64,000 nt of DNA, taken from positions 20,212,001 to 20,276,000 of the forward strand of contig CM060732.1 in assembly GCA_030704615.1 (NCBI GenBank), in the 5' to 3' direction. This stretch comes from Takakia lepidozioides. Its lineage: Eukaryota; Plantae; Bryophyta. The notes under the pieces were generated by a model. It saw only the letters and a program-made list of their open reading frames with translations, did no database searches and was not told the DNA's origin. Positions 49,101-59,899 of the stretch are shown in pieces (the stretch's first letter is position 1; the number at the start of each line of letters is the position of its first letter). The translations under genes and the position numbers were made by a program.

Positions 49101-50850
49101 CTGAGAAAGCCTGTGTAACAAGCCTCTTGCAAATGCTTGATTCAAACTCCTCATTGATACGTCACCAAATTGGATCCCAGCCTCCAACAATGGTCTCGTC
49201 TACTAAAACTTCCCTGCCATTGGCGTCGCCCAACGAGACGTAAAACACAGACTGACCCTCTATGTAGCCATGGCAAAAATCTTGTTCCAGCTTTGCAATG
49301 TCATTCGTGAGTGCTGGTCGGACGAACGACATGGAGATCAACCTGCACAGTGGGATCATTAATTTACCCCCAGGAACGCCCATGGCCTTGATGACTTGGG
49401 CAGAGTTCACTTTCAAAGAACGACAACAGATCTTTTGCCCTGTCCTGGTATGGCCTGCCATCGTCTTCCTCCTCTACAACAACAGGTTCGTGCTCTTCGT
49501 CTTCATCCATCTCCAGGGGAACACCTCTCCTTTTCTTCGCCTGCATTGAAATAGAAAAATTCTCCATGTAAAAGCAATGTCACAAATTGAGTGCGTTGAC
49601 GCACGCATTTCTGATGCCTCTACAGACTATGCATGTGCATTGTTTTCAGAAATGAGAGACCCATACGCAAGAGACTGTGCTTAAGTACTAACAAAGAGAT
49701 TGCGTGCGTCAACGCACATAATTTCGGTGGGTTCTCTGAAGTGTCTCTCGTGGATTTAAGACGATCTTCTTGTGCTCACACATTCGACCTTTCAGACCTG
49801 TTTAGAGCTCTAGATGTCCATAACAGCACCCTCTGAAATTGAGTGCGTTGACGCACGCATTTCTAAAGCCTCTACAAACTGTACATCCTCTCTTCAACTT
49901 CAAGATACGCATGTGCATTGATCTCAAAAATGACAGACCGATACTCAGGAGAATGTCCTTCAGAGAACCCATAGAAATTGCGTGCGTTAACGCACACAGT
50001 TTCAGAGGGTGCAATGAAGAGTTTCTCGTCAGATCTGTTTAGAGCTCAGCGTGTCCCTAAGAGCACCCTCCGAAATTGTGTGTGTTGGCGCACGCAATTT
50101 CTGGGGTTTCTTTTAGGGACATTCAGAGATTTCTGTAGCTGATATCAGTAAACGAATAATGCAGCCCATCTCCCTCTATTGATGGCTCCATTTAGAGATG
50201 CTGAGTGCAGAAAGTGGCTTTGAGAACACCTCCAGAAACTGCGTGCATTGACGCACGCAATTTTCAGGAGGTGCTCTCAAAGGCCTTGCTATGTAGCCCA
50301 CGTTGATGTCCGTCACTCCACTCTAAAGTGGAAAAAGACAATAATGCAGGGCATGAAATTGCATGCGTCAGCGCACGCAATTTCATGCCCTTCAAACTGC
50401 AGCAGAATACAGGAAAGAAGATCATAACCTGCGGTGCTTTCGGGGGTGCACTCCCTGAAGCCTTGGTTGCAGCAACAATGGAGGTCTGTGCAGCCTGCTT
50501 CCTCTTTGGAGTCGCCTCCTTCTCAACAACACTCTTCCGCTTTGGCGTGGGCTCCTTAGCAACAACGTCGGGCTCCTTTGTGTCCATATCCTGTGTGTCA
50601 CTATCTGATGGTATTTCACCCCCTCCTTCGGCAGCTCCGACCACCTCGTCCTACGCCGTCATGTGTTCTGCTTCCAGGGCCGAACTCTTCTCTGCTATCT
50701 CTTGCAGCGTCAACTCGAGCTTGCGACCTCTCATTCTCTCTCTCGCCCTCTTCCTCTCTCGCATTGAGGTGAAAAAACAAGACTGCCTTCTACGCCTGCC
50801 GCTCTCTCGGTGGGAACTGAGTCTCCTACTAGTCTCCAGCTTGAAAATGA
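46150..50850 (-). pseudogene. MULE-3 cargo gene: ParB/Srx-like domain plus beta-class DNA methyltransferase-like domain, with an internal deletion in the MTase
   Basis: IPLCRLISMSFVRP...FHVWDGNHRLLAW (~49055-49095); MVIVDIPDGQAV joined directly to LRKSNSTPWRGAKEKSPAFIQTIIETCS...IVDLILGTG; GASYHACKAGGRHLFGMEGD...DFACE. Intron positions match MULE-2. Outer limits approximate. Confidence 0.85.
49584..50390. repeat. Array of ~28-bp palindromes AAATTGCGTGCGT-TG-ACGCACGCAATTT, specific to MULE-3, in intron 1
   Basis: Copies at 49584, 49697, 49836, 49975, 50073, 50236 and 50356; one more at 47746 in another intron. Confidence 0.92.
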
Positions 50851-51337
50851 GGGTCTGCTGGGCCCAAAAACGTTGTGCGAGGGCAACGCTCGCAACGGTT
50901 ATGCATGGGTTCACCTCACATGTGTCTACGTAGCACAAAAACATTTGTGCATTTGGCACTGGACGCCGTCACCTCTTGTGTCCGTATGGCCATACCCTGG
51001 ATTCGATGCCCATACATGTGCAAGTTGATTTTCGCATTCTGGCGGTTCAGAACTTCTCATTGGTTCTGCACCCATTCTGGCAGGCGTGCTATGAATTCAA
51101 TGTCTAGGCCCACGTGCCTAGAAACATTACATATCCCAGATTTTCCGGCTTAGCCGTCTTTTGCACTGGGTGTGGGCAGGCACATAACTGTTTCACATCT
51201 GTTTTAGCAACTGTTTACACAACTGTTCTTCAAGGACCCTTTAACTGTCTGTCATGTATTGATGAAAGATATCCACGGGAGTCGTGGGCCTCTCCACTTT
51301 CAAGCTCCGTCTACCTCGGAATTAGTCGTCCTCCACC

Positions 51338-54300
51338 ATGGGTTCGGCTGAAGCGGAGTTTTACTCTACGGAGAAGCCTGTCCCTTTCTCGAAGGATGCT
51401 GATTCCAATGGTTACGCAATTGCGCAGGAGCATCTCCTGGCAACGCGTTTCGAGTACCAGATTGGCACTGTTTTCCTCGAAAAAGAGGTCTACGATGTGC
51501 ATGGGAAGTTAGTACTCATTTCAGAAACCGGATGATAATTCTCTTGTGAGTCAGTGGAGAGTGCCTCCAGGAAGATACAGGGTCGTCGGAGCTCCTCGGC
51601 GGCAGTCCAGTGGTTCGTATGTCTCCCCGGGAACAGCTGGTTCTGTTGCTCAAGAGAAAAGGAATATTGTCGTGAAGACGGAGACCACTACTTCCACCCC
51701 AATAGTTGAGCTCTCAGACTCCTCCTCCGAGGACATTCCCAACATCCCAATTTATGTGCAACCACAGCCTATCGTCAAACCGGAAGTGACACACCTCATC
51801 AGTGTCATTCCTAAATTGAAGTCAATGGGAGGAATGCCCGGTTTCCAGAGTGAATTGCGGGGGGTTGACTGGGAGACAGTCCCTATTGAGTGTGTGGAGT
51901 TCCTGCCGAATGCTTATAATGGGGATGTCGTCTTCGAGCTACCTCCACCTGGGCAGGATGGACCCGTCACTAGCCTCATGTAGGGAATGGACAAGAGAGG
52001 AGATGGACACCCGTGGTGCAGAACGAAGACATCCAATATTCAAAATCATGACAACCTCGTCTTCCGGAGAAGCCTGTGCAATGGGCACCTCATGTGCGAG
52101 AATTTGAATTGTAGGCATTTCCAACGGTTCAAGGTTCACAACCAGTGCGAGTGGGAGGGTGTCGCCAAAAATCCATTCAAACTCGGTGAGGCACCTCCAA
52201 GTTCCAACACTTTCGTTTGCAAGTTCTGCAAACAAGTGCCTTCATGTCTGGCAGTGTGTGCAGCACGCAAGTACTATGTTGTTCACCGTTTGAAAAACAT
52301 GACTAGAGCCTGTGTACATTTTGGATTCCACAACCATCCTGTGGCGAAGGGGGATTGCAGGGAGAGTGTTCAAACAATGTCCAAGTTGATAAGATAGGAG
52401 TATGAGAGCAATCCAACAGCCACCACCACTGCAATTGTGCTTGGAGCAAGCAAGAGTTTCCTGGAAAGCCATATTCTGAGTGTAAGGGACTCTATGGGCA
52501 GGAAGCTGGACGGGCATGCCTTGGACAATGTTATGGATCACTTCTCAACCTTGAGCTCACCAAACATTAGAAACCAGGTGAATGCATTAAGGATGGGCTC
52601 TGCAAACAGAGGGTATATTGATAACATTTTGGAATTGAAATCTCGGAGCATGTACGACTACATTCAAGACAGCGTGTTCCCAGGTCAAGGATCCAACAAA
52701 GTGTACAATTTCAAAATGTCGACAACAGGGGAGGGCAGCGGAGTGAGCCTTGTCAAGCGCATGCAAAAAGATGGCGATCTACAGAACTGTTTCCTTATGT
52801 TTGATCACGTCAAACGAGTGAAAGACTGGACAATAATGGCGTGCCATGTTTACGATCCTTTCTACCAGCGAGTCATGTCTATTGCAGTGTGTGACATGCA
52901 ATCGGAGGATGCGGAGTCGCAGCAGTTTATATGGAGATGTATCATTCACGTGATGGCATCCCATGGTGTCCCATCCCCAAATTTCGCTGGTTTTATGGCC
53001 GATAGTGCTCAAGCAAATTTCAGTGCTGTTCGCATTGTGTTCGGCTCAGGAGATCCAAAAGTGCCAATGCCAGGAAGAGAGCGAACATGTCTTTTCCATT
53101 AGACGCAGTCCCTTGAGAAACATACCAAGGCAGACATCAGACCGGACATGCGGGCGATTCATCTTAAACTATGCAAACAGTACAAAGATGCCAAAAGCAT
53201 GGAGGAGGCGAATACTTTGTTCCAGTCGATTCGTGCCTAGTGGTTCTCATCTGGGGCTGTATCAGAAGACAGTATGAGAGCGCTGGAAGACTGGCTAGCA
53301 TTTTGGCACTTCCGGTACAGACAATGGGGAGCATGCATGACAACGGTACCTGAATTTCAGATCATGTATTCTCATTGGCTTTGTATGCATTTCCAATCAT
53401 GTCTGCTGTCATGGGGTGTACCTGTCTGTCCTGATGTGTGTTTTCCCTTTTCTGCAGCACTTGTCAATTGAGGAGATGGCGGACATGCCCTCTTGCAATC
53501 TAGCAGAGACAGTGCACAAATGCATGGTTGCAGCAGTTTGGAAAGCGGGGGCGGGATTTGTATCTGGCAACGGCAGATGATCTCATCCGAGCTCTGCAAC
53601 AAAAAACGAGATATCGTGATTTCTTGAGGGGTGGCGTTGGTGGCAAAGGCCCTGACAAGTCTGAGTTGATGTTGCGAGCTGCAAAAAGATCGGGGGATCC
53701 AAACAAGATTGCCAGAGCTGTCAGCATGTGTGCGGAGGGAACTCCTCTGGTGTCCAGAGTTCCCCATCTGGAGGGCGAGGAGAGATTCGGGTCCTCGAAA
53801 CGGAAATTGAACACCCCTCCTGGGTCGGATGCAGACTCGCACAGGGCGGACAGGGACAACTTCTCCATTCCGCGTGTTCCATAACATGAGAGGTTCGTCT
53901 CTGGAATATCCAGCGCGGAGCAACGTTTCTCACAAAGTACGCCAACATCTCCCACTCGAGACAACCCCAACTCCATGCATGTGCTACTACTTCTGCGTCC
54001 TCCCGGGTCCCCCCGTCAAATCCTGACTTGTGGCCGAGTCGAACTTGCTCTCGCCTGTGGTGGAGTCCACCTGCTCCGACGAAGTGTGGCATATAGAACG
54101 CACGAGAGCTGGGTCGCGAGTGAAGTGCTCCGCAATCAGAGCCACCAATCGTGAGAAGTGCAAGTCCTTCATATCCAGAGGGAGTGCCTGCACTCCAGCA
54201 CCGACCTTCAACGGTTTGTTCCAGCCTTATGGGCAGCCAGAGGCGAAAAACCATAAATTTTGGTTCTGCGCTGACGACTGTGGTAGGTGCATGCGTGGGA

Positions 54301-54900
54301 CCGTGCGACCATCAGTGGGTCATGAAGCCTCCTCCACCGACCGTTTGGCCAGTCAAGGTGGGGACACATCTCACAAGTCAGGAGATTGCAATGTTGGAGG
54401 AGGCAGGGTTCTCCCTTCAGCGAGAAGCCTCTGTGCGTGCAAGTGCTTCCACTTTAGGAAGTTCTAGAGTGCCACCAGCCAACCCAGATGCATGGCCAAC
54501 AAAAAGAAATGGGAAGGTAGTACGTCGTTTCCCTCCAACTGCCGAGCACTTCGGCAAGGTGGAATCCGCTCGAATGCTTCTAGGACGTGTTGCAGGCACT
54601 ACGGAAGTTGCAGATCCCGGGTATGGTCGGATCTACACTATGATGACCTCTACATCTGCTATCCATGACAGATTCTACGACATCACAGTTTCAAATTTCC
54701 CCAATTGCACCTGTCCTGATTTTGTTGGCATGCTTTCAACAAGTTTAGGAAAGAGAGGCATATTTGTACCCTGCAAGCATCTTTATTTTATCTTCTTGAA
54801 CAGAATGATTTGTGATCCCAAACGCGACATCTTCATTCACCAGGCCACCATGAGTTTCAACGAGGTGAATACACTTATGCAGTGGGATAAAAGCACATAG
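51338..54900 (+). pseudogene. MULE-3 transposase: GCM-like Zn domain, MULE DDE, SWIM
   Basis: Collinear with the MULE-2 transposase: GHPWCRTKTS, HFGFHNHP, FDHVKR, FMADSAQANF, CLFH, CNLAETVH, CTCPDF...CKHLYFIF. Intron 53346-53456. Several stops and frameshifts. Confidence 0.92.
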
Positions 54901-55291
54901 GAAGAAGCTGACTTTTGTCCAATTCAATTTCCACAACTGATGAATGTGTGCCATTTTAATAGTGTGATCAATGCAACATAAATGGGATGGATAAGCATGC
55001 ATGGATTTGTTTCCGGTTTCCCATTTCCGGTGTTTTCGTATTCTAATTACCCTGATGAATGCCACGGCAATAGGTGCCTCGGCTATAGGCGCTACATGTT
55101 TCTGTTGACATGGCATCCGCCACGTTGGCCGAATCCCACGTGGACATGTGGACTTCCACGTAGGCATGATGACTGCCACATCACGTTGTTCACTACCATG
55201 TCAGCACGCTCACGCCACATGAGCTGCTGGTCCCCTACACTCACGCCATGTCAGCATAGCGTGAGTGCACGCTCACGCGGTAGCGTCGTTG

Positions 55292-56126
55292 TTGCCCGTG
55301 TTGGAGGTACCGCCATTTGTGGCCCTACACCCTGCCCCCTGACAGGTGCTGGTCCTCCTGTTTGTGCTGGTCCTTGAGGACCTATTGTTGTAGTGGTGGA
55401 TCTTCCACCAGATGCTGGCCCCACTGTATTCTCAGTATCCCCAACTCCAGTTGCACTACTTCCCACACTCCATGTCCTCCCAGAGCCAGATCCAAGCTGC
55501 CCGCCTGATCCCCCTGAGCCGACACCTTTGTTGGCCTGTGATCCAAGTGCTCCACTTGATCCAGGTCCAACAGGTTGGGATGTCCTGGTTAAAGTCTCAA
55601 CCTCAACTGTTGGGTCTACTTCTTCATACTCTTCCTCTTCCAATTTCTTCTCTCTGTTTTCATCTTCCAAGTTCCTTTCTTGGATTTCTTCTTCCTCACT
55701 CATGTAACTCAACTGAAGGGGTGTAGGAGAGTCTGAACTCTCCGTTGGCTCTGCCACATCCTCCTCTCCTTCCTTGTCTTGTGCTTCAGAAACTGGAGTT
55801 CTTGCTTTTGGTGTTCCATGCCAACTCTGATCAAAGATTTTTGTCAAATCTTTAATCCAGGGATGTACCTCAGATCTCTCACCTTGTGGTTGATTTTCTT
55901 CATGTACCAATTCCCTTAATCTTTCTTGTAAAGAATAAGAAGGAGTGGCATCCAACTCTGGTTCCTCCGGTATGGGTGATGTACTCTTCGATCTTAATGG
56001 TGTGAGAGGTCCAGTTGATTCTCCTATGTCTATTCCTCTCTCCCAAAGATATGGATAATTAGCTTTCAAATAACTTTCTCTTTTTGCTGAATATCTTTGA
56101 AGTCTAGCTTCTCTTTCATCACTCAT
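55292..56126 (-). pseudogene. Gypsy gag, 5' part
   Basis: ORF 55251-56126 is in frame with the gag segment below 44946 across the TSD. Confidence 0.8.
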
Positions 56127-56146
56127 GTCCCATGTCTTTCATATCT

Positions 56147-56842
56147 TCAATGAGGCAATAACCAGAACTCTCTTCTGTAATATCTCTCGTATATGCCTGG
56201 ATTTCTTTCAAGCTTCAATGCTCCCTTGGCTATACTAGAGGTCTCTGTTACCATATAACCATATGGCAAGCACGTCTGAAAAGCTATTCTTGGTGTCAGT
56301 TTGATCCACAGGATATCCTTAGGAATCCAATTCTTTACCAGTACCAACTCTTCATGCATATGAGTGTAAACATTCACTTTCCGTTCCTCCCAGCCTTCAA
56401 ACTCCACTCGTTTAATGGATAACAACGCTATCACATAAACCAGCGTTGGTAAACAACTTGCTCTCCCTCTACAGGCCACCTGATAAATCTTTATCACTCC
56501 TTTCTCCAGACCCCACTCAGGTTCTGCATCATGCACTCTCTTAAGAATGTTTTCTTTGCAACCGTCTGGCAATTCCAAGAATCTCTGAAAGAATTGCTTG
56601 GACAACCTTTCTTTCTCAGTTCCACAAGGAATTTGATTCACATCAAATTCTTTAATTCTCCAACCACCATGATCCCACCAGATGCCTGTCACATGTGGTT
56701 GTTCTTGACCCAGTTCCCCAGTATGGTCGCCAAATGTCGAGCGGCTTTTACTTACCCATCCCTTCGCTATCCGAGGTGGAAACTCCAAGATAGAAGAGTT
56801 GGATATCTCCAAGCACTCAGCCCGCTCAGAACAATCAGTCAT
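56147..56842 (-). CDS. Extra ORF (231 aa) upstream of gag in the Gypsy element, function unknown
   Basis: Open frame on the same strand as gag, ending 20 nt before the gag ATG. Confidence 0.5.
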   Translation of the reverse strand: MTDCSERAECLEISNSSILEFPPRIAKGWVSKSRSTFGDHTGELGQEQPHVTGIWWDHGGWRIKEFDVNQIPCGTEKERLSKQFFQRFLELPDGCKENILKRVHDAEPEWGLEKGVIKIYQVACRGRASCLPTLVYVIALLSIKRVEFEGWEERKVNVYTHMHEELVLVKNWIPKDILWIKLTPRIAFQTCLPYGYMVTETSSIAKGALKLERNPGIYERYYRREFWLLPH

Positions 56843-59800
56843 GACCTACAGCTAGTGAATTATGGTTGTGCTTCCTATTTGTATTCCTTCTTGCCTTCAT
56901 GTTAGCAAATTACCTTACTGTGTATACTGAAGCATCAAATTGCTTCAGTATCTACCAGGTTCCATTCACTCATCCATTCATTCCACAACTTCACTCATGT
57001 CTCTCTACACAATGTGATTGTTTCAAATAAGTATCAGATTAAGATTTATCAGGTATCAGGCTGAAGCCATTGTGTCTTTAATTTGCTCTACAGTATCACT
57101 ACAGCTTTGCATGTAACAAACATCTACTGTTCATCTCTCCTCCTTCACTGTGCTCACCATCTTTACTCCCGTTCTTGCTCTCTGCCTCTTCTTCTCCCAT
57201 GAATCACCAAGAAGTGCCCCCGTGAAGTGTATCCTATGATGCTTGCTCTGCCTATTTTATCCACAAGCTGTTCTAACCGCCTAACTAACTAAATGTCACC
57301 TAAGAAGTAACACGTTCCCTCTGCAGATGTCGTTCCCACACAGTCGTTCTCTACCAATGATAACCGTTCCTATGTACGCTGTGACGGGCTGTGCCAAACT
57401 GTGTCGGGCTGTGACTGTGCCAAGCTATGATTGGCTGTGTCGGACTGTGTCGGGCTGTCATTAGCTGTGTTAGGCTGTGTCAGGCTGTGACTGGCTGTGT
57501 CGGACTGTGTTGGGCTGTGACTGGCTGTGTAACCCTGTCTACCCCCCCCCTAAAGCCTGCGCCTGTCACCCCTAAGGCCTCTGTTGGTCTAACTCTACCA
57601 TCCGTAAGTCTGGCAAAAATTAAGGGTACCCCACAGAACCCATAAAAGTGTCTAAGTCCCAGACAACCCTCTAACATGGCGTTTGATAATAAATTCTTAC
57701 AAATTTGGAAAGAGTTGTAGAAGTGCCACAGTCATTTTTAAGTCCAATGTAAGCCCACGAACGGATCATGATATTAAATCAGATTACTATATAAAAAGAT
57801 TTTGTGTCGATACTTTTACAAAAATATCATGTTTAAATTGGGATGTACGTTTGATAGAGGTGAGGGATAACGAACTCTTATAAGTTGATACTCTTACAGT
57901 GGTATCATATTCCATATACATTTATCTTAGATCTTAGCATATTTTCATCGGCTGGTATTCTAGAAAATTCATCATGTTGAAGTTGTAGTGCGGACCAAGT
58001 ACAAATTCTTGAATTCACAAAATTTACCAATGGATATATGATTCATAGTTGTAAGCAACATTTTGGCGATATAATGTTTCGACGCAATGGGATATGAGAA
58101 TGGGATTATTTATTCTTTGTTTTTTTTTTTCTTTTTTTCACGTACTTTGCTCAAGCTGAAATAAACACACATTTGGGCTTCAATTAATATGTTTTCAAGA
58201 GGCATTAGAATAATTTTGTTATATTATTTATTGGCTTTTGTTTACTCAAAAGAGAAGACTAGAAATCAATGTCAAAAATTAAGGATCGCTAAACTCCTAT
58301 TATGCCTTTCATTCAAGTGTCACCTCCTCTCCTCTTGCAAATTTACTTCTTATTATCTTTTCAACCGTTCCCATACATTGAATGTTCGTTCTCATTATAA
58401 TCTTTTGTTACTGCCCAGTTTATGTGTAAATATGAATCCTGCAACAAGTATTATTGTAACAAAACTACTACGGCTAGTGCATCAATTGATGGGGGATTGT
58501 GCAATTCCCCAAAGCTTGGCAAAAAGAAGATTTAGTAGCCAATAAATAGGTTTGCACTGCCTTTCATTGGGGGTTTCTGGCACGTATCGATTTTGTTTTT
58601 GGCTCAATTTTGTTCTGCGGCTTCAAGCATCCGCAGTTTTTATTTATGGTCCCTATACCACCCAAACTAACAAGATGTTGTATTAATTTGTGTTACGATA
58701 TTTTTAATCCATATTCATCAAGTCAATAAATTTTTGGCTGATTCTCAATACTTCATTGATGGAGAACTGAAAGTACAAGTAATAATCAGAACATAAAAAC
58801 CAAGAAACTAGCAATGAACTTATATATCAATGATGAACTTAAAGTAGTAGGAAGCACAAAATGGTCATATTGCATTAATATGGAATTATGATAACTAAGA
58901 TCTAAAGAGAGATTCTATATTACACAAATACAAGCCGCATAATATTTATACAATAAAATAAGCAAAGTTATGGCTTTATTTTGTATAATGATACATAGTA
59001 TACTCTATATTCTATATACTAACCATTGAATGTAATAATCATGTATTAAAATCATATATATGTATGTCGACGCCAACCAAAGGTAGCGTCAAGAAGAGCC
59101 TCTTCCCCATATGGGTACTCTGTCCTTTTAGAGAGCTAGAGTTTGTCTGTCCAACTCTGTCCATAAGTGCTAGAGAGCTAGAGTTTTGCACGACATGGCC
59201 AGACAACACAAGAACTCCAGATTGCATCAATCAGATGCAACTCCATCGAAACGGGACAAAGGTCGAGTTACTCAAATTAAAAAGATAGAGGAAAAAATTA
59301 ACCTAAACAGGGCCATATGGTAACATTAATTGAAGAGGAGTTTTTAAATTGAACTGCATGTCATTCCTAGCCATGTGATATAGGTAGACCCCGCCCATTC
59401 ATTTACTTCTGGGTTTTAGTACTTCCATGTGCAAATAAACATTGTTTTTGGGATTTAGGTGGGTGGGCATTGTTTTGTGTAGTCTAGTGGAGGAGATAAT
59501 AACTCCATGAAGAAAAAACACACAATATTTACAAGTGACATGTTGTCATTTGCAATATATATACATATATATATTTTGTGATGTTGCTTGTTTGTGTAAG
59601 TACTTCATCTTGGTTATATGATATACTTATTATAAATGACCTACATAATATTGGGGGGTACAATGTGTCATGTACATTGTAGAAATGAAAATTAAATTGT
59701 AAATCTTATACCTATTTATAAATTATGCTATATAATCTTTTATATTTCGTTTGTCACATCCTTGTGATTTTATTCTAAGTTTTATGAACACAATATTTTC

Positions 59801-59899
59801 AAACATTTATAAGTATTTAAGTACAGAAATGCATTGACTATGTATCTATACATCATCTCTAAATTGTGCAGCCTATGTATAGGTCACTCATAACACTCA

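Larger units (their letters stand above)
44947..55291. mobile_element. MULE-3: Mutator-like transposon carrying ParB-MTase, inserted in Gypsy gag
   Basis: Perfect 9-bp TSD ttgcccgtg (44938-44946 / 55292-55300). Ends gggggatgctgaagcgtgagc ... gctcacgcggtagcgtcgttg. Removal restores gag MAVPPT-RAK-PHFP in frame. Confidence 0.95.
39100..57676 (-). mobile_element. Large non-chromovirus-like Ty3/Gypsy element, interrupted in gag by MULE-3; ends approximate
   Basis: Domain order gag-PR-RT-RH-INT on the minus strand. No LTR pair could be identified, so the boundaries are uncertain. Confidence 0.7.

Noticed and set aside
39100-57676. LTR pair, PBS and TSD for the large Gypsy
   Set aside because: No convincing direct repeat or canonical PBS found by eye; boundaries left approximate.
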